Shown here: positions 36,823 through 49,640 of the stretch, piece by piece
How the letters are laid out: the number at the start of each line of letters is the position of its first letter
How positions within the stretch are numbered: the stretch's first letter is position 1
Source of the DNA: Podarcis erhardii
Lineage: Eukaryota
DNA: 64,000 nt
Assembly (NCBI GenBank): GCA_964252035.1
Contig: OZ176203.1
Strand: one strand, 5' to 3'
Notes under the pieces: generated by a model
What the model was told of the DNA's origin: nothing
The model's input: only the letters and a program-made list of their open reading frames with translations
The model's database searches: none
Position numbers and translations under genes: made by a program

Positions 36823-38668
36823 GTAAGTAATGGAAAACAAGTAAAATAATTTTGTAATGATGTTGATGTGAGTTATACTGTGAATAAGTGTTGGGGAACT
36901 ATGACTGGGCACAGCTTTCCTAGTAAAAAACTCACATGTAAAATGGTAATGTATTGTCTACACCTGGGTTTCATATTAATTCATTGGTGTTAACTTTTTA
37001 ATATGTGAAGCTGCTGGAACAAATTTTGAAAGCAAAGTAAATTGATGATTCAGAGATTATTCATATCCATATTCTTCAAGTTAAGAAAATGTGAGCTAGT
37101 ACTGGAAGAAGACGAAGTGACTGACAGTTTGTTACAGCTGTTGCTCCAGTACTAGCAGATTTCCTAAAGAACTTCATTAGCAACATGCCAAGCTATGAGG
37201 ATGACTAGGGTAGGAATGATATTTGTGCACAAGTCTCTGGATTTCATGTGTATTACAGATTAGGCAACTCCTTTTTAATCATAATGAATTTCTTTGGTAT
37301 TCTGACAGTGCAGTAGTGGCAGAATTCATGTGTTCAAAGGCTGCCTGGATAAATTTAATAAATAGCAACAACAAATAATTCACACTTTTTAGACAAGCCT
37401 GAGAACTTTTATTTTGAAGTTTTGGAGCTCTGCATTGATTTCCCACCAAATATTATCCTCTCCCAACTGTTTACAGCACCTTTGGGAGAAAATGGCTGCT
37501 GTGGAAGGCAGTAACATTTATAATGGAAATTGGGTATGTTGTTTGGCTCAGAGTAATAAATGTAAAGAACATTCAGGCACCGGCTATCTTAGCTGAACTA
37601 ATCTATAGTAAGAAAATCCAAATTCTCTTAAGGGTATGCATATTGACTTAATAGAGATGTTTTAATTTTCTGAAAAAATACATGCATCCGGAAGCTTGGG
37701 AAGTGGTCTGTGAGGAAAGAACTCTAGGTTAAAGCTAGACAACTGTACAACTAGTTCCGTGTATTGAGCAGGACTTCTGCTTGTTCCCAAAACTGTGGTG
37801 CCCCGTTTCTCTGCTCATGGAAGTGGTTGCAGGATCTCAAGCAACCACTATTTTTCAATAAGCTGCTAAAATATAAAGTCATGCTTTAAAGTTAAATAGC
37901 CTGGCTTGTTTGGAAGCCATTAACCATAGTTTCCTGCTTCAGTTGTAACAGGAAGCTATAGTTAACTGCAAATTTCCTGTCTTGCACAAAGAGAGGAGCA
38001 GAGTAGCGACATACAGGTGTATGAGGCTCATTCATACCTCAGCTTATTAAGCCAAGATATGATTGTCAGAAAGCAGCCACTGAGAAAGTATAGTCCAAAA
38101 TGTTCTTTCTCCATATCACTTCATTCTTAAATCTACAGCCAATATGGGATGTTAAGAAAAGGATATACAAGAAGGCAGAAGGCAGAACACGTTTTGGTTT
38201 GAGATTTTGTATTACAGCTATAAGAGAATTGGATAAACTTTTAATTAGGCAAGAGTCCAGGCGTACAAGAAAGCACAAACGAAGGCTCAAATGAGTTTTT
38301 AGCCTGCAATCCTATACACGTTTAGTGGGACTTCTGAGCAGACGTATCTAGGATTGTGTTTTATTTATTGGATTTTGTATTAGATAAGACCTGTATTAAG
38401 AGAACATTCAGTCACAATAACTGAAATATTGCCCTTGCTTGAAAGTTCAATTATAAGGGTAAAATGCTCTTTTTAAAAAACAAATAAACCAAAGTAGAAT
38501 GGTATGGCCTGAAAATCAATGATGTAACAAACTTTCTTAAGCCAAGCAGGTCTGGGTCAATGTCTGAACAGAAGGTCACCTGGGAGCCTTAAATATGCCA
38601 CCTCAAGTTTCATGGAGGAAAGGCAGAGTATGAGTATAATTAAATTCCTTTCATGTTATGTTTTATAG

Positions 38669-38816
38669 TGTTGGTGAAAGGACAAGTCACAACCAAGTAC
38701 TATCGGTTGCTGTCAAAGAACAGTGGCTGGGTTTGGGTCCAGAGCTATGCCACGATTGTACACAACAGCCGCTCATCACGACCTCACTGCATAGTGAGTG
38801 TTAATTATGTCCTAAC
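38669..38816 (+). CDS. SIM2: SIM2 exon 8 (148 nt), PAS-B/PAC
   Basis: ttatag|TG TTG GTG...CTA AC|gtaagt; (L)[48 protein letters not shown]. Confidence 0.98.
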
Positions 38817-40448
38817 GTAAGTCCATATTTCCTACCATTGTATACCACATTCATTTTATTCAGTGTCTCATGTTGATAACTTTATCTGTTTCTTCCATCC
38901 TGATTTCCACTTTGTTACTTTAAAATGTTGATCACTGATATATATATATTTGTTGTGCTTTATAATACTCTATCAGGTTTTAGTAAGGTAGACATCATTT
39001 CCTGGGGGGGGGGGAAGTATTTTGGTATGGCCAACTCACTTCTGGGCGTCAATCTCACAGCTGAAGACTGTGTTCTAGACAACCAATCTAATACTAAAAG
39101 AATGACTACATTTGAAATAACATAAAATGACATTATTGAAAACCTTTCTTGAAGTCCGTCTACCAGGGCCACGGATGTTTTGCTGCCTGACACAAGGTAG
39201 AAGAGGGCACATCCCTTTCCATGTACAGAGGTTGCCTGAACTAGAAGTTAAATCTTATTTCAACACTGGCAATTGTACAACATCTTTCGCTGCACATCAA
39301 GGGAGCAGTCTACCTTAGGAGGCACAATGCAGGCTGCATTGCACACACATAATTCTATTCTGCATCAGAGAGGCACAGCTGGGGTAGGGATCAGGGGGCG
39401 ATGCTGCTACTGCCCCCCTGCACTCCAGCATCTGCCACCTGAGATGTCCACCTTGCTCTGCCTAATGTTAGGGCTGGTCCTGCTCTACCCCTACACTGTG
39501 ACATATTAATGAACTAAAATGGCATTGGGATAAATGCAGCTCTTTTAGAGAAAATGCAGGTGCAGATCAGTTGATGACAACCCCCCCCCCAAAAAAAAAC
39601 TCCAGAAAACTAATTAAACAAAAAACAACCTAAGGAGATAACCATTCTTATGACACGGAGGCAGACTATTACTTTAGCATGGAGAAGGGCAGCCATTTTT
39701 CAAATATATTATTAACTATTAATGGGTTCCAGCTGCACAACTATGAACAAATGACAGGTTGAGAGTGTATAACTGCTTACATACACAGTATTATAGAGGC
39801 AGTTGAATGAAAGCTTTGAAAGTATGAGAGGTGGCCCAGTTACTCCTCTCTGGCAGTGTCTGGAGTTCAGGTGTCCTGAATTGAACTCCTAACCTAGCTT
39901 CACGGCTACCAACCCCTTCCTATCATTTCTTTGTGCATTAAGGATTCAGTTTTAATAGTCCAGTGACTGCGGCATGTCTGGTATTCTTTTTGGAAGCTTT
40001 CTTTATGCCAGGGTTGGAGAACCCTTTTTCAGTGTGAGGGAAACATACACTCAGGGTTAACTTTACAGGGGTTATGTGCCAGCAGAGGGCAAGGCTGGAG
40101 GCAAAAGTAGATAGAGCAAAGGGTGTGGTTTTTACCTTGTGTGTACCTGGAATGCAGCCGGCTGTACACGTGTGTATACACGCACAGTCTCCATCTAGGC
40201 ATCTGAGAGATACTATCATAGTTCAAGGAAACACTACAGCCAGGCAAGAGCACTCAAGGAGCGTTGGGAGGGTGATGCATGGCTTACAGAGCCCCAAGGG
40301 CCAGCTAGAGAAGCCCAAAGGATCACATTGGCACCTTAGGCCTGAGGTTCTCCCCCCCGCCCCAATTTAAATGCTTGGGGGCACCTAAGTGAGGAGAAAG
40401 ATGCAAATGGACCATTCCTCTGTTGCAATGCTGTTGTTGTTTTTTCAG

Positions 40449-40617
40449 AGATATAGAATATAAGGAACTCCCATTATCATTGGACCAGGTCACCATTTCT
40501 AAATCACAGTTTCCATGTAGAAACTCAGCGTCTACCTCACAAGAAACAAGAAAAGCAACAAAACCTAGAAGTAATAAAATGAAGACAAAACTCAGAACAA
40601 CGCCATATCCACAACAG
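40449..40617 (+). CDS. SIM2: SIM2 exon 9 (169 nt), includes the basic NLS region
   Basis: tttcag|A GAT ATA...CAA CAG|gtagta; DIEYKELPLSLDQV...RKATKPRSNKMKTKLRTTPYPQQ. Confidence 0.97.
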
Positions 40618-42020
40618 GTAGTAGTTTTTCCCCCTCTATCAACATTTCATGCTAAAAGTGTGTGGCAACCTATCTGCAACAGTAGCTGTGAATAGTCACT
40701 GGAATTTCCTGCAATTCAAAATATCATAAATTCTGTTCCTTTTAATAGCCTGATCCTACAAATTGCTGCCTGGGGTACTGAGTACTGCAAGTTTAGAGGA
40801 TCAAGAATATGAACTGTTGCAGCAATACAGCATCACTTGTGGTTGAATTATTTCAACCAATTCAGGGAACTACACTGGTGCAACAGCTTGTTGTACCAGC
40901 AGCATTCACCCTTTTGACAGATGCAACAGTTTGCTTGGAAAGCCACCAAGATCGTACAAAACGGGCAGAAAGGAGACAATACATGACCAGGTCCAGAAAG
41001 GTGCTCAGGGTGAGCATTAACAATAGACACAAGAACAAGACAAAGGTAGAGTGCAGGGACAAAGAATAAAATAAGGTTGAACTGTCCATCCAAAGATCTG
41101 CCAGCTTCAGGACTGGTGTAGTTTCCTCCTTAGTTTGGGAGTATATCATTTGGATACTGCATTTCGGAGAGACTTGCAGTCTTCTTTCCCTGATTGGATT
41201 TGGGGAACCTGTCTTGATTTGGAGCAGAAGCCATCTTTGCCTTGAGGACCACCATACCAGCAATGTGCAAAGTCTTGCTTTTAGGGAATGTTTAAAATGA
41301 CTGACAGAAGAACATTCCTAGCAGTGCTGTGCAAAGCCTTTGTGCCAGTTATTAGGTAACTTCCCTTGGAGCAATGCTGCTCACATTGCTGGTTAGCTGA
41401 CCCTCATGTCAAAGCTAGCTCTCACCTCTTTCTGAGCAATTTTCTAAGTGTAAAATGGAAAAAAGGGGCAGGCAAATGTTTGAGTGGATAAACTTGTAGG
41501 CACTTGGAAAAAAGGAAATAAAAAATTAGACAGCCTGACTTGAAATATGGAGGTAGGGGTGACCTTGAGCTTTCAATCCAAAGCAAGATAAGTGTTTCAG
41601 ATCAAGAACAAGCCAATGGGAAGCAGATGTTCCCACCTCAGCGCAGGGGGGCACGACATCAGGTCCCCCAGACCTCTGTGTGGCCCTCTGAAATCTTGCC
41701 AGCTAAACAGAATATGTGAAATCATTTTAAAGTGTTTCCAAACATGTGCAGAATGCCTCCCTCCCTCACCACTGAAGCTATAGCTTGTCCATCACACACA
41801 GGATTAAGGAGCAGAGCTTCCAGAAAAATGCCAGAAAGGCTTGTGCTCCAGTTCCTCTCTTTAGAAATTAAGTGCTGCCAACTTCTTTTAGTTTATATGA
41901 ACTGGTGTGACTGCAGTTTAAGGTGGTACTTGGCTGCAGTGCACTCTGTTAGTCTGTTATACTGACAGATTTCAGAGTCAGCTATTAAACACTTTTCTTT
42001 CTTTTTATTTGCTTTTTCAG

Positions 42021-42432
42021 CAATACAGCTCCTACCAGACAGACAAACTGGAATGTGGCCAGGTTGGAAGCTGGAGATCCAACTCCACAGCAAATTCTGC
42101 CACCATCCAAGAACAAGCCTTCCATTCAGAAAACAGCGAACTTTTATACACCCCATCATACAGCTTACCTTTCTCTTACCATTATGGACACTTCCCTGTA
42201 GACCCTCATGTATTCAGTAGCAAAAAACAAATGCTGCCTTCTAAATTTGGGCAATCTCAAGGAACACCTTGCGAAGTAGCTCGATTTTTCTTAAGTACTT
42301 TGCAGACAAGTGGAGAGTGCCAGTGGCACTATGCCAATTCTCTTGTTCCAGGAGGCAGTCAGTCACCATCGAAAAGTCCTTCCGATCAGTCAGCAAGCAG
42401 TGTACGCCATAATCTCTTACAGAGTTATGAAG
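42021..42432 (+). CDS. SIM2: SIM2 exon 10 (412 nt), SIM C-terminal region
   Basis: tttcag|CAA TAC AGC...TAT GAA G|gtgtgt; contains LLYTPSYSLPFSYHYGHFP and PCEVARFFLSTL, diagnostic of SIM2. Confidence 0.96.
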
Positions 42433-43445
42433 GTGTGTATTAAATGAACAAATCTGAAGCTCTATTATACCCAAGAAAAATTCATACATGTTAAATATTC
42501 TTCAAATATTAAAAGTGTGTAGTGGGTAAAGCTGAGTTGTTAAAGGAAAGGGCTGAAAATAGTTGCAACTTACATTTATACTTTAATTTTGCTCCTGAAT
42601 TGTTCATATTTCTTTCTGAACATAATGCAAGAATAATAGTTAAGATGCAAATCTGATTGATAACTAAAATTACCCCAATTCTGTTGCAAAGAATTTAACA
42701 AGAAGCCTAAATTCAGTTTTCTAAGGTCTCCTAGATTTTCTTTGGGTGTATTCACATAACACACCTTTTTTTCATTGTGTAGCCCTGCTACTACAAGCTT
42801 ACTGACAATCCTGTATATTGTAGACTTCACACTAGAGTTCATGGGGCTACATCAGAGCAGACAATTGGACCACATTGTCCTCACAATATTGTTGTTTTGT
42901 CAGAGAATCAGATCTGAAAAGAAAGAGTTTTTGTGGGTACAATACTGATCACAATAGCAACTTTTCTTTAGGGAGCATATATTGGAGTGTTCCACAAGTA
43001 GCAGAAACAAGCCTAATAAATCAAAAGGAAAGCATTTTCATGTATTACATCAGATTATGTTGCCCGTTTATGAAGGTATGTATCCAAAGTGAAAAAATAA
43101 AACTCAAAATTGTTTACAAAAATTACATTTTTAAATAGTTCCAATAATGCTCCAGTTGCCTCAGAAGGTAATTAGCTATAATTTAATTATTTAGAGTTTC
43201 CAAGAACCTGCTTTAACTCCCATCTTGCAATTTGGCATGGAGAAGGAATGGATGTTATTCCTTCCCCCCTCCTGATTCTATTTGGAATGCAGCTACTTGC
43301 TAATTTGCACAAAGGCTTTAAAGCAAGCTCAAAAACAGCATTAAACGAATGTCCCCAATCTAAATAGACTTTACTGTATGTTCAAACTACACTTCATTGC
43401 TTGAACTGCTTTCATTAAAGAACTTTATTTTTCTTTCTTTCAAAG

Positions 43446-44176
43446 TGCCACTACCAAACAGAAGATATAGCCAAGACAGTACATCTGACAGCTTTGCAAG
43501 CTGTGCCACCCTAGCAGCAAATAGCAGATACAAAGAAGAGAGCTATGATTCCACCATTATAAAGCACAGCAACAAAATGGAAAGCCGAATATATCCAGCA
43601 CATCATCATCTAATTAAAGAAGAAAATAAGCTAGTTTTCAATAGAGGTGTACAAGATAAAAACAACTTAAGTGAAAAGCCCTTTTCGAACTCCTTAGCCA
43701 ACTCTTTTTTGTCAAAATCTGAATGTTTCCAAACTAAATCTATTGGACAATTAAATCACCTTCTCCCAGTTCCAACAGTATATGAACAAACAAGAAGAAT
43801 TTGTATGAAAGAACCAAAATTTGAGCACATTGCCCATCATGCTGCAAATCTAGGTGAGCTGGAACCTGATGACAGAATGACCGGAAAGTTTGATCATGAC
43901 TCTGAAAACGATCACACTGTGGATGTTAGGCATGCAGGGCAAGTTCCATTTGTACTTCTCAACTACCACCGGGTTTTAGCCAAACATGGCACATTTCAAA
44001 CTTCTTCGTGTACTGCCACAGGACATGTAGCAGAGAATTATGGACACAGTTCTGAGGAAGTAAACATGTTTTACAAAAACCAAAGTCCTTCATCAGCCTC
44101 TTCCCCTGAGGCTCACAAGGAGCCTGCACTTCCCCATTATATTGGAACGTCTGTAATAATAGCCAATGGAAGGTGA
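43446..44176 (+). CDS. SIM2: SIM2 exon 11 coding part (731 nt including TGA)
   Basis: Polypyrimidine tract then caaag|TG CCA CTA; in frame with exon 10; contains PFVLLNYHRVLA and ends LPHYIGTSVIIANGR*, matching the SIM2 C-terminus. Confidence 0.93.
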
Positions 44177-44202
44177 CAGTAATAGAAAGCTGTGGTTTAT
44201 AA

Positions 44203-44216
44203 AATAAATAAATAAA
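44203..44216 (+). terminator. Candidate proximal SIM2 poly(A) signal (three overlapping AATAAA)
   Basis: AATAAATAAATAAA begins 27 nt after the stop codon; no strong GU-rich downstream element seen. Confidence 0.3.
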
Positions 44217-47200
44217 CTGGAATAGTTCCCCTAAAGCATGAGAATACATGGTTGCACTTAGTGAGCATGGTTTAAAATCAGTGGGACAAACTTGCATGCA
44301 TTCTTGGCAAGCCATGTGTAACAGTACCTTTAAGGTCAAGGGGAAACAATTACGGTAGCTTCAGTGCTTTGTTGTTCCAGATTAATCTCTGCAGTTGACT
44401 CTGCTAGTAAGAAGCCATGTAACAGATCATATTTTTGTTATTTTTACAGTATATAAGTTAAATTATAAGAGTTTATGTGCTGATACATAGAGTGACTTTG
44501 TTTTCTTAAAAAATTCAATCCTTCAATTATTTGAAAGTTATAGATCACTTAACAAACGGACAGTCTGGTAGGAGACAGTAATTACCAGTTATTTCTGATA
44601 GTCTCTGTTTAACTGCCGTCAAATGCATTACCTTGGGGACATGCATTTAGGATTTCAATCCCTGAAATTAAACCATTTTTTTAAATTCATGTGGCTTGGA
44701 TATATATTACTCAAGGCAGTATAGAATTGCCAGGCTGCATGGCTACTATGCATCTTTAGAAAATGAAAATCTACTTGCCCAATAAGCTTGGAGATAACTA
44801 CCAAAGAGCTGGTGATTGTTACACTGGGGAGGGGGGGGAATCAAAGCATCTATTTGAAAATGAAAGACAAAGGTTTTCACTGTTTCAGATACACTTTCCA
44901 TTTAGAATATATCCCAAACTGTATTTGTTGCCAGCCAAAGAGGAGTGAAGTTGCATTCTCTTCATTTTGCTGTCAACGAGACTTCAAATCTTTTCTGTTT
45001 GGTGGCTTTACATTTTTAGCCCAGCCAGTTTTAGCAACTTTTATGGTTAAGATATGATAAAATACATTCACCAACTGCACTAATGATTAGATGAGAATTC
45101 TCAGGCACTTACATTTTATTTGGCATTTTTTGTAGAGCACGTAGTATATTCATCTTTGGCTTTGTAATGTTTAATCTGGAAGGTGAGGCAACTCAAGTAC
45201 CTGCAAAGATTTAATACCATAAATATATAGCTCTCCTGTGTTCCAGTTTTCTGTGGGTGCTTTAATAAAATCATAAGCAATAGCACAAAAGAATACACAT
45301 GCAAAGTTGTTCGTGCTATCCAGTTAAATGGGGGAAGCTCTTGTGTACATGTGGTGGGTGTGTATACACATGAAGGTTGTTTTGCACACTAGGAGTTACT
45401 AGAATGTGGTTGTCATTTCAACATAACTAATAAACCATTTATCATCTTACTCAATCACAGAACAGAAGGCACCCTAATATGTAAAAAGCTTATGTATAAA
45501 AATGGTTGGCATTAAAGAACATTAACACTGGAGTCAGATGTATATTTTAATTTGAGTAGTTTTTCTTAGCTTTGCTGAACTCTGAGCTACATCAAAAACT
45601 TCTAAAATGTCCTTCAGACAAGTGAAGTTTTCATTAGAAGCATGGAAGAACTTCTGTGCCCCCAGGAAGCAAATAACAGTTTTGCCGTTGTTTTGAGTAT
45701 AGACAGAACCAATTTTAAGAATATTTCTCCAAGAAATAATATATAATTTAACTTGTGCAATATGGAAAACAGCTTTGATTGCACCTTTTCAAATCTCAAC
45801 TAAGTTGAAAGGTAATGAGGACATTTTCTTAAACTATTTTTCTGCATTTAGACGCAGCAATACAATCCATTTCCTTGTCTAATTTTATAAGGCTATTTGT
45901 TACTGTAAGGAAATAAGCTTTTTAAAAGTGATCGGCTGTGCTCAGTATTGCCCTAATTAAAGTTAACCATTGTGAGCATGCACATTTTTAAGTAGTGCCA
46001 AAGCAGTGTACATTAGAATTCAGACTTAACCTGTGCCTTGAGTTGAAGCCAATAGTTCCCAAAGTGTAAAAATACGCTTCTCCCAAAGGTGCTAGGCACC
46101 TTGCCTTCAGCCCATTGTTCACCATGACTAGTATGTTTCATCTCTAGTGCTTTATGGGGTACTGGGTCATCCTTCTTTCTTGCACATGTTTGTTTGTTTG
46201 AATGAATGGCCTTGTTCATTCCCTCTTGTGCTTGATCTTTCAGGCTGAGAAAAAAGTGTGTGCTTCCAGGTGAACTGGCTACCATTCTTTGGTCATACTG
46301 TAGTTACATTTGGATAAATGCTTAGAGTATTTTATGAATTGGAAGGCTCAAAACTGCATTATTTTGAATGGTTTTTAAGATAAAGGGAACTTCACATTTA
46401 CAGTTTGGACTCTAGCCTCATCTTTGTAATATTCACCACACTGCACTAAGAGGTGTCTGACACATCCTTTGCACAGTGCTAATTGTTGTAGAACATATTT
46501 CAATACCTTGACTACAAAAAACTGTCTTCTATACATAAGGATAAGGGATCACTGTGTACATGAATATAAGATCCAAACTGCACATGTGAAATTGTCCTAA
46601 CCTTAGTTGAATTCAGATTTAAAGGTGGTTTTGACTGTGTATTATTCAGTTTGAGTTTAAATGGTTTGGAGCTTGTGGTTTAATTCAGTGCTCCAAGTCA
46701 GGATGAATATTTTGGGAAGTAAGATTGCCTGGATTTTTTGGGGGGGGGGGCATTAAGATAAAAAAAAAAAAATAGAAAGGAGGGTGAAAACACAAGCCCT
46801 AATCCACACATCACTTGCAAGTAAAACACACACCTAGTACAAACTGCAAATAAGGCTCCTGTTTGTAATACTGAAAATCCATCATTGTTTGTGTGTTACT
46901 TCATCAAAATCACATCCTTTGCTGATACCTCAAGTGTTAAGAACATGCATAAATTATCTGGGCAACAAACTAGCCAGAGACTTATTTTTATAGTTAAATT
47001 GGACTAATGTACTTAGAAGGATGGAAGTGAACTTTCCCCCCTAACAGCCAAACAAAAATATCCTCCCAGATGCCCAAGGTAAATTCTGTGAATGTTGATA
47101 CCTTTTCTGATGTAATTGATATTGCTGAAAACAGCAGCAGCACTCTTAGCTTGTCTTCATAGAAAGGAGCTTTTGTGAATATTCTTATCATGATGTCATT

Positions 47201-49302
47201 ACACAATTCTATTGCCAGATGCAAGTTTGTTTACAGTCTTTCAAAGTGCTCATGCAGATGTAATCCTGAAAGAATACATTTATGCCAAATAACATTTGTT
47301 TATTTTGCTACGTGAAAAAATGTATTCCCCAATGAGATACAGGCAATTAGCTGACTCATAAAAAGAAATCTGATACACAACTGCAGTGTAGCATACTTAC
47401 TTTATTTTCTTCAGTGTGACTGTATATATGCTAAGCCTCTTTCACTTTGTAAGAAAGAAAATATTTTTGAAAAGAACACTTTTTAAACTATTCAATTGCC
47501 CAGTGTCATTTAGGTAATGCTGTTGAAGATAAGCAGTTTCAAATAATTAACAGCCTGCCACTATCACAATGTATCCACAGAGGGGACTCAAGGATGCACA
47601 TGCCTGCCCTGGCCCTTCCCTTCTGATCTTCCTGGGAAGGCCTGAAGAGGACTTGCAAGCACATTTTTGCTTATGAGCTTACAGTGCTCCCTGCAATCAG
47701 GCTTCCTGAGAATTGGAACCCTTTTCAGCTCAATGTACTGCAGACCTTCCCAGTCATGAGAGGTGACGCTGCCACATGCAGCCCTTCCCTCTCACTATGG
47801 ATAAAACTTTAAAAATCCTGAATAGTGCTTGAAAACTGGATGTATCATTTACATGCAATGGAAGTGCAGGGAGTGGGACACCCCCTTTTTCACTTTGCCA
47901 TTTCTCTTCTTGATTATGAACTATAATTAATGAACTATAATTACCTATCAACAGTGCTTTTTTCTAAAAAAATGTTTAAGGGTTCTCTCATTTTGAGTCA
48001 AGAAAATCACCATTTTATAGTTCAAATCGGGAAAAACAAATACAATAAATGGATAAAAGTACAAATATTCACAAAATGTTTAGGGGTATGTGTACCCCTG
48101 CATCCCCCTGAGAAAAAAAAAAGCCTATCACTGTACTTTGCAGGGTTCTATACACTTTGTAAGAAATAGTAAAAAATGGAGACGGGAAATGTAACCCTCA
48201 GTTTTGCATCTTATGAGTAGAAATGCCACACACACCTAGTACAAACTGCTCTGCTGAGTACAATTGTGTAGATTTCCCCTGCATCAATCTACTTTGGTTA
48301 AAAAGCTCAACTTTGCAGCAGCAAATCAGTGAATAATTTTAAGATGCATAATCCTATGCATGTTTACTCAGAAGTGAGTCTAGCTATGTTCAGTGGGGCT
48401 TGCTCACTAGTAAATAGGTTTAGGATTTGAACTTCACATTCATAAGTAAAGGACAGCATTGAATGAATTAATATAATTCCTACTATAATTTTACTTGTCC
48501 AAAATCACGATACAGTTTTTTGAGCTAGTTTCTTGAGAGAAAACTCTTCTGTTTGTTCCTCTACTGGAACATTAGATTTTGCTTTTTTATGATGCAAAAA
48601 TAAATTATTTGACAAAAGTATGTGGAAAAAGAAATACATACACATCCTACTATTGCTTAGGATTATATATCCCTTAAATTGTAAAGCTTTTGCTTATTTA
48701 TTACGTAAGACTATGTTAAATAAAATACTGTAGACAAAGGAATAATGGACTTCTATTATTTGCTTGGTTTTAGAAGTACAGTACAAATAATGTGTATTTA
48801 CAAAATACGTTTAATGTTAATTGTATTTTTAATATTACATTTAATATTACATTGACCAATTCAGGTAATTCGATGAAATGAAATACGTCATTTGTTGTAT
48901 AGCAGTTCTAGAAACAGACAGATTGTTAGGGCTTATTCAGAACTTTTGAATGTAATTCTGTTGTTACTTAATTAAATGTTCCCCCCACCCCACTTATTCC
49001 CATCCTCAGCTCAAGCAATGATGGAACAAAGTTGTATTAAGTATAAAAAATGATGCCATGTTGGTCCGTGAGAAAAAAAATGAGTTAGGCAATACCTTTA
49101 GGACTGGCCAAAATGTCAAAATAGGGAGCAAGCTTTTAGGTTCTTCAGAATTCTCGTCAGGCTGGATGTTAAACAAAGTAGACTTCAAGTTGCAGCTAAG
49201 CACACAATGGTTCATCCCCGTTTTTTCAAAACAGAAAACCTAAATCAGTTTCCATTCTTAGAAAGAACACCAACACTACTTCCATTGCTTTTTATGTGTG
49301 TT

Positions 49303-49640
49303 ACCACAGAACCTAGGGCTTGCCAATCGGAAGGTCGGCGGTTCGAATCCCCACGACGGGGTGAGCTCCCGTTGCTTGGTCCCTGCTCCTGCCAACCTAG
49401 CAGTTTGAAAGCATGTCAAACTGCAAGTAGTTAAATAGGTACCGCTCCGGCGGGAAGGTAAACGGCGTTTCCGTGCACTGCTCTGGTTTCACCAGAAGCA
49501 GCTTAGTCATGCTGACCACATGACCCGGAAAAACTGTCTGCGGACAAACGCCGGCTCCCGCAGCCAGTAAAGTGAGATGAGCGCTGCAACCCCAGAGTCA
49601 TTTGTGACTGGACTTAACTGTCAGGGGTCCTTTACTTTTA
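49303..49640 (+). mobile_element. Sauria SINE, about 20 nt 5'-truncated
   Basis: B box GGTTCGAATCC; body closely matches the reverse complement of 57752-58109; tail CCTTTACTTTT. No TSD seen. Confidence 0.92.

Noticed and set aside
41637-41654. CTCF-like GCGCAGGGGGGCAC
   Set aside because: It has one G too many for the core spacing, and the 5' part matches poorly.
42009-43445. ORF-track starts at 42009 and 43397 as independent genes
   Set aside because: The N-termini come from polypyrimidine tracts; the ORFs are SIM2 exons 10 and 11.
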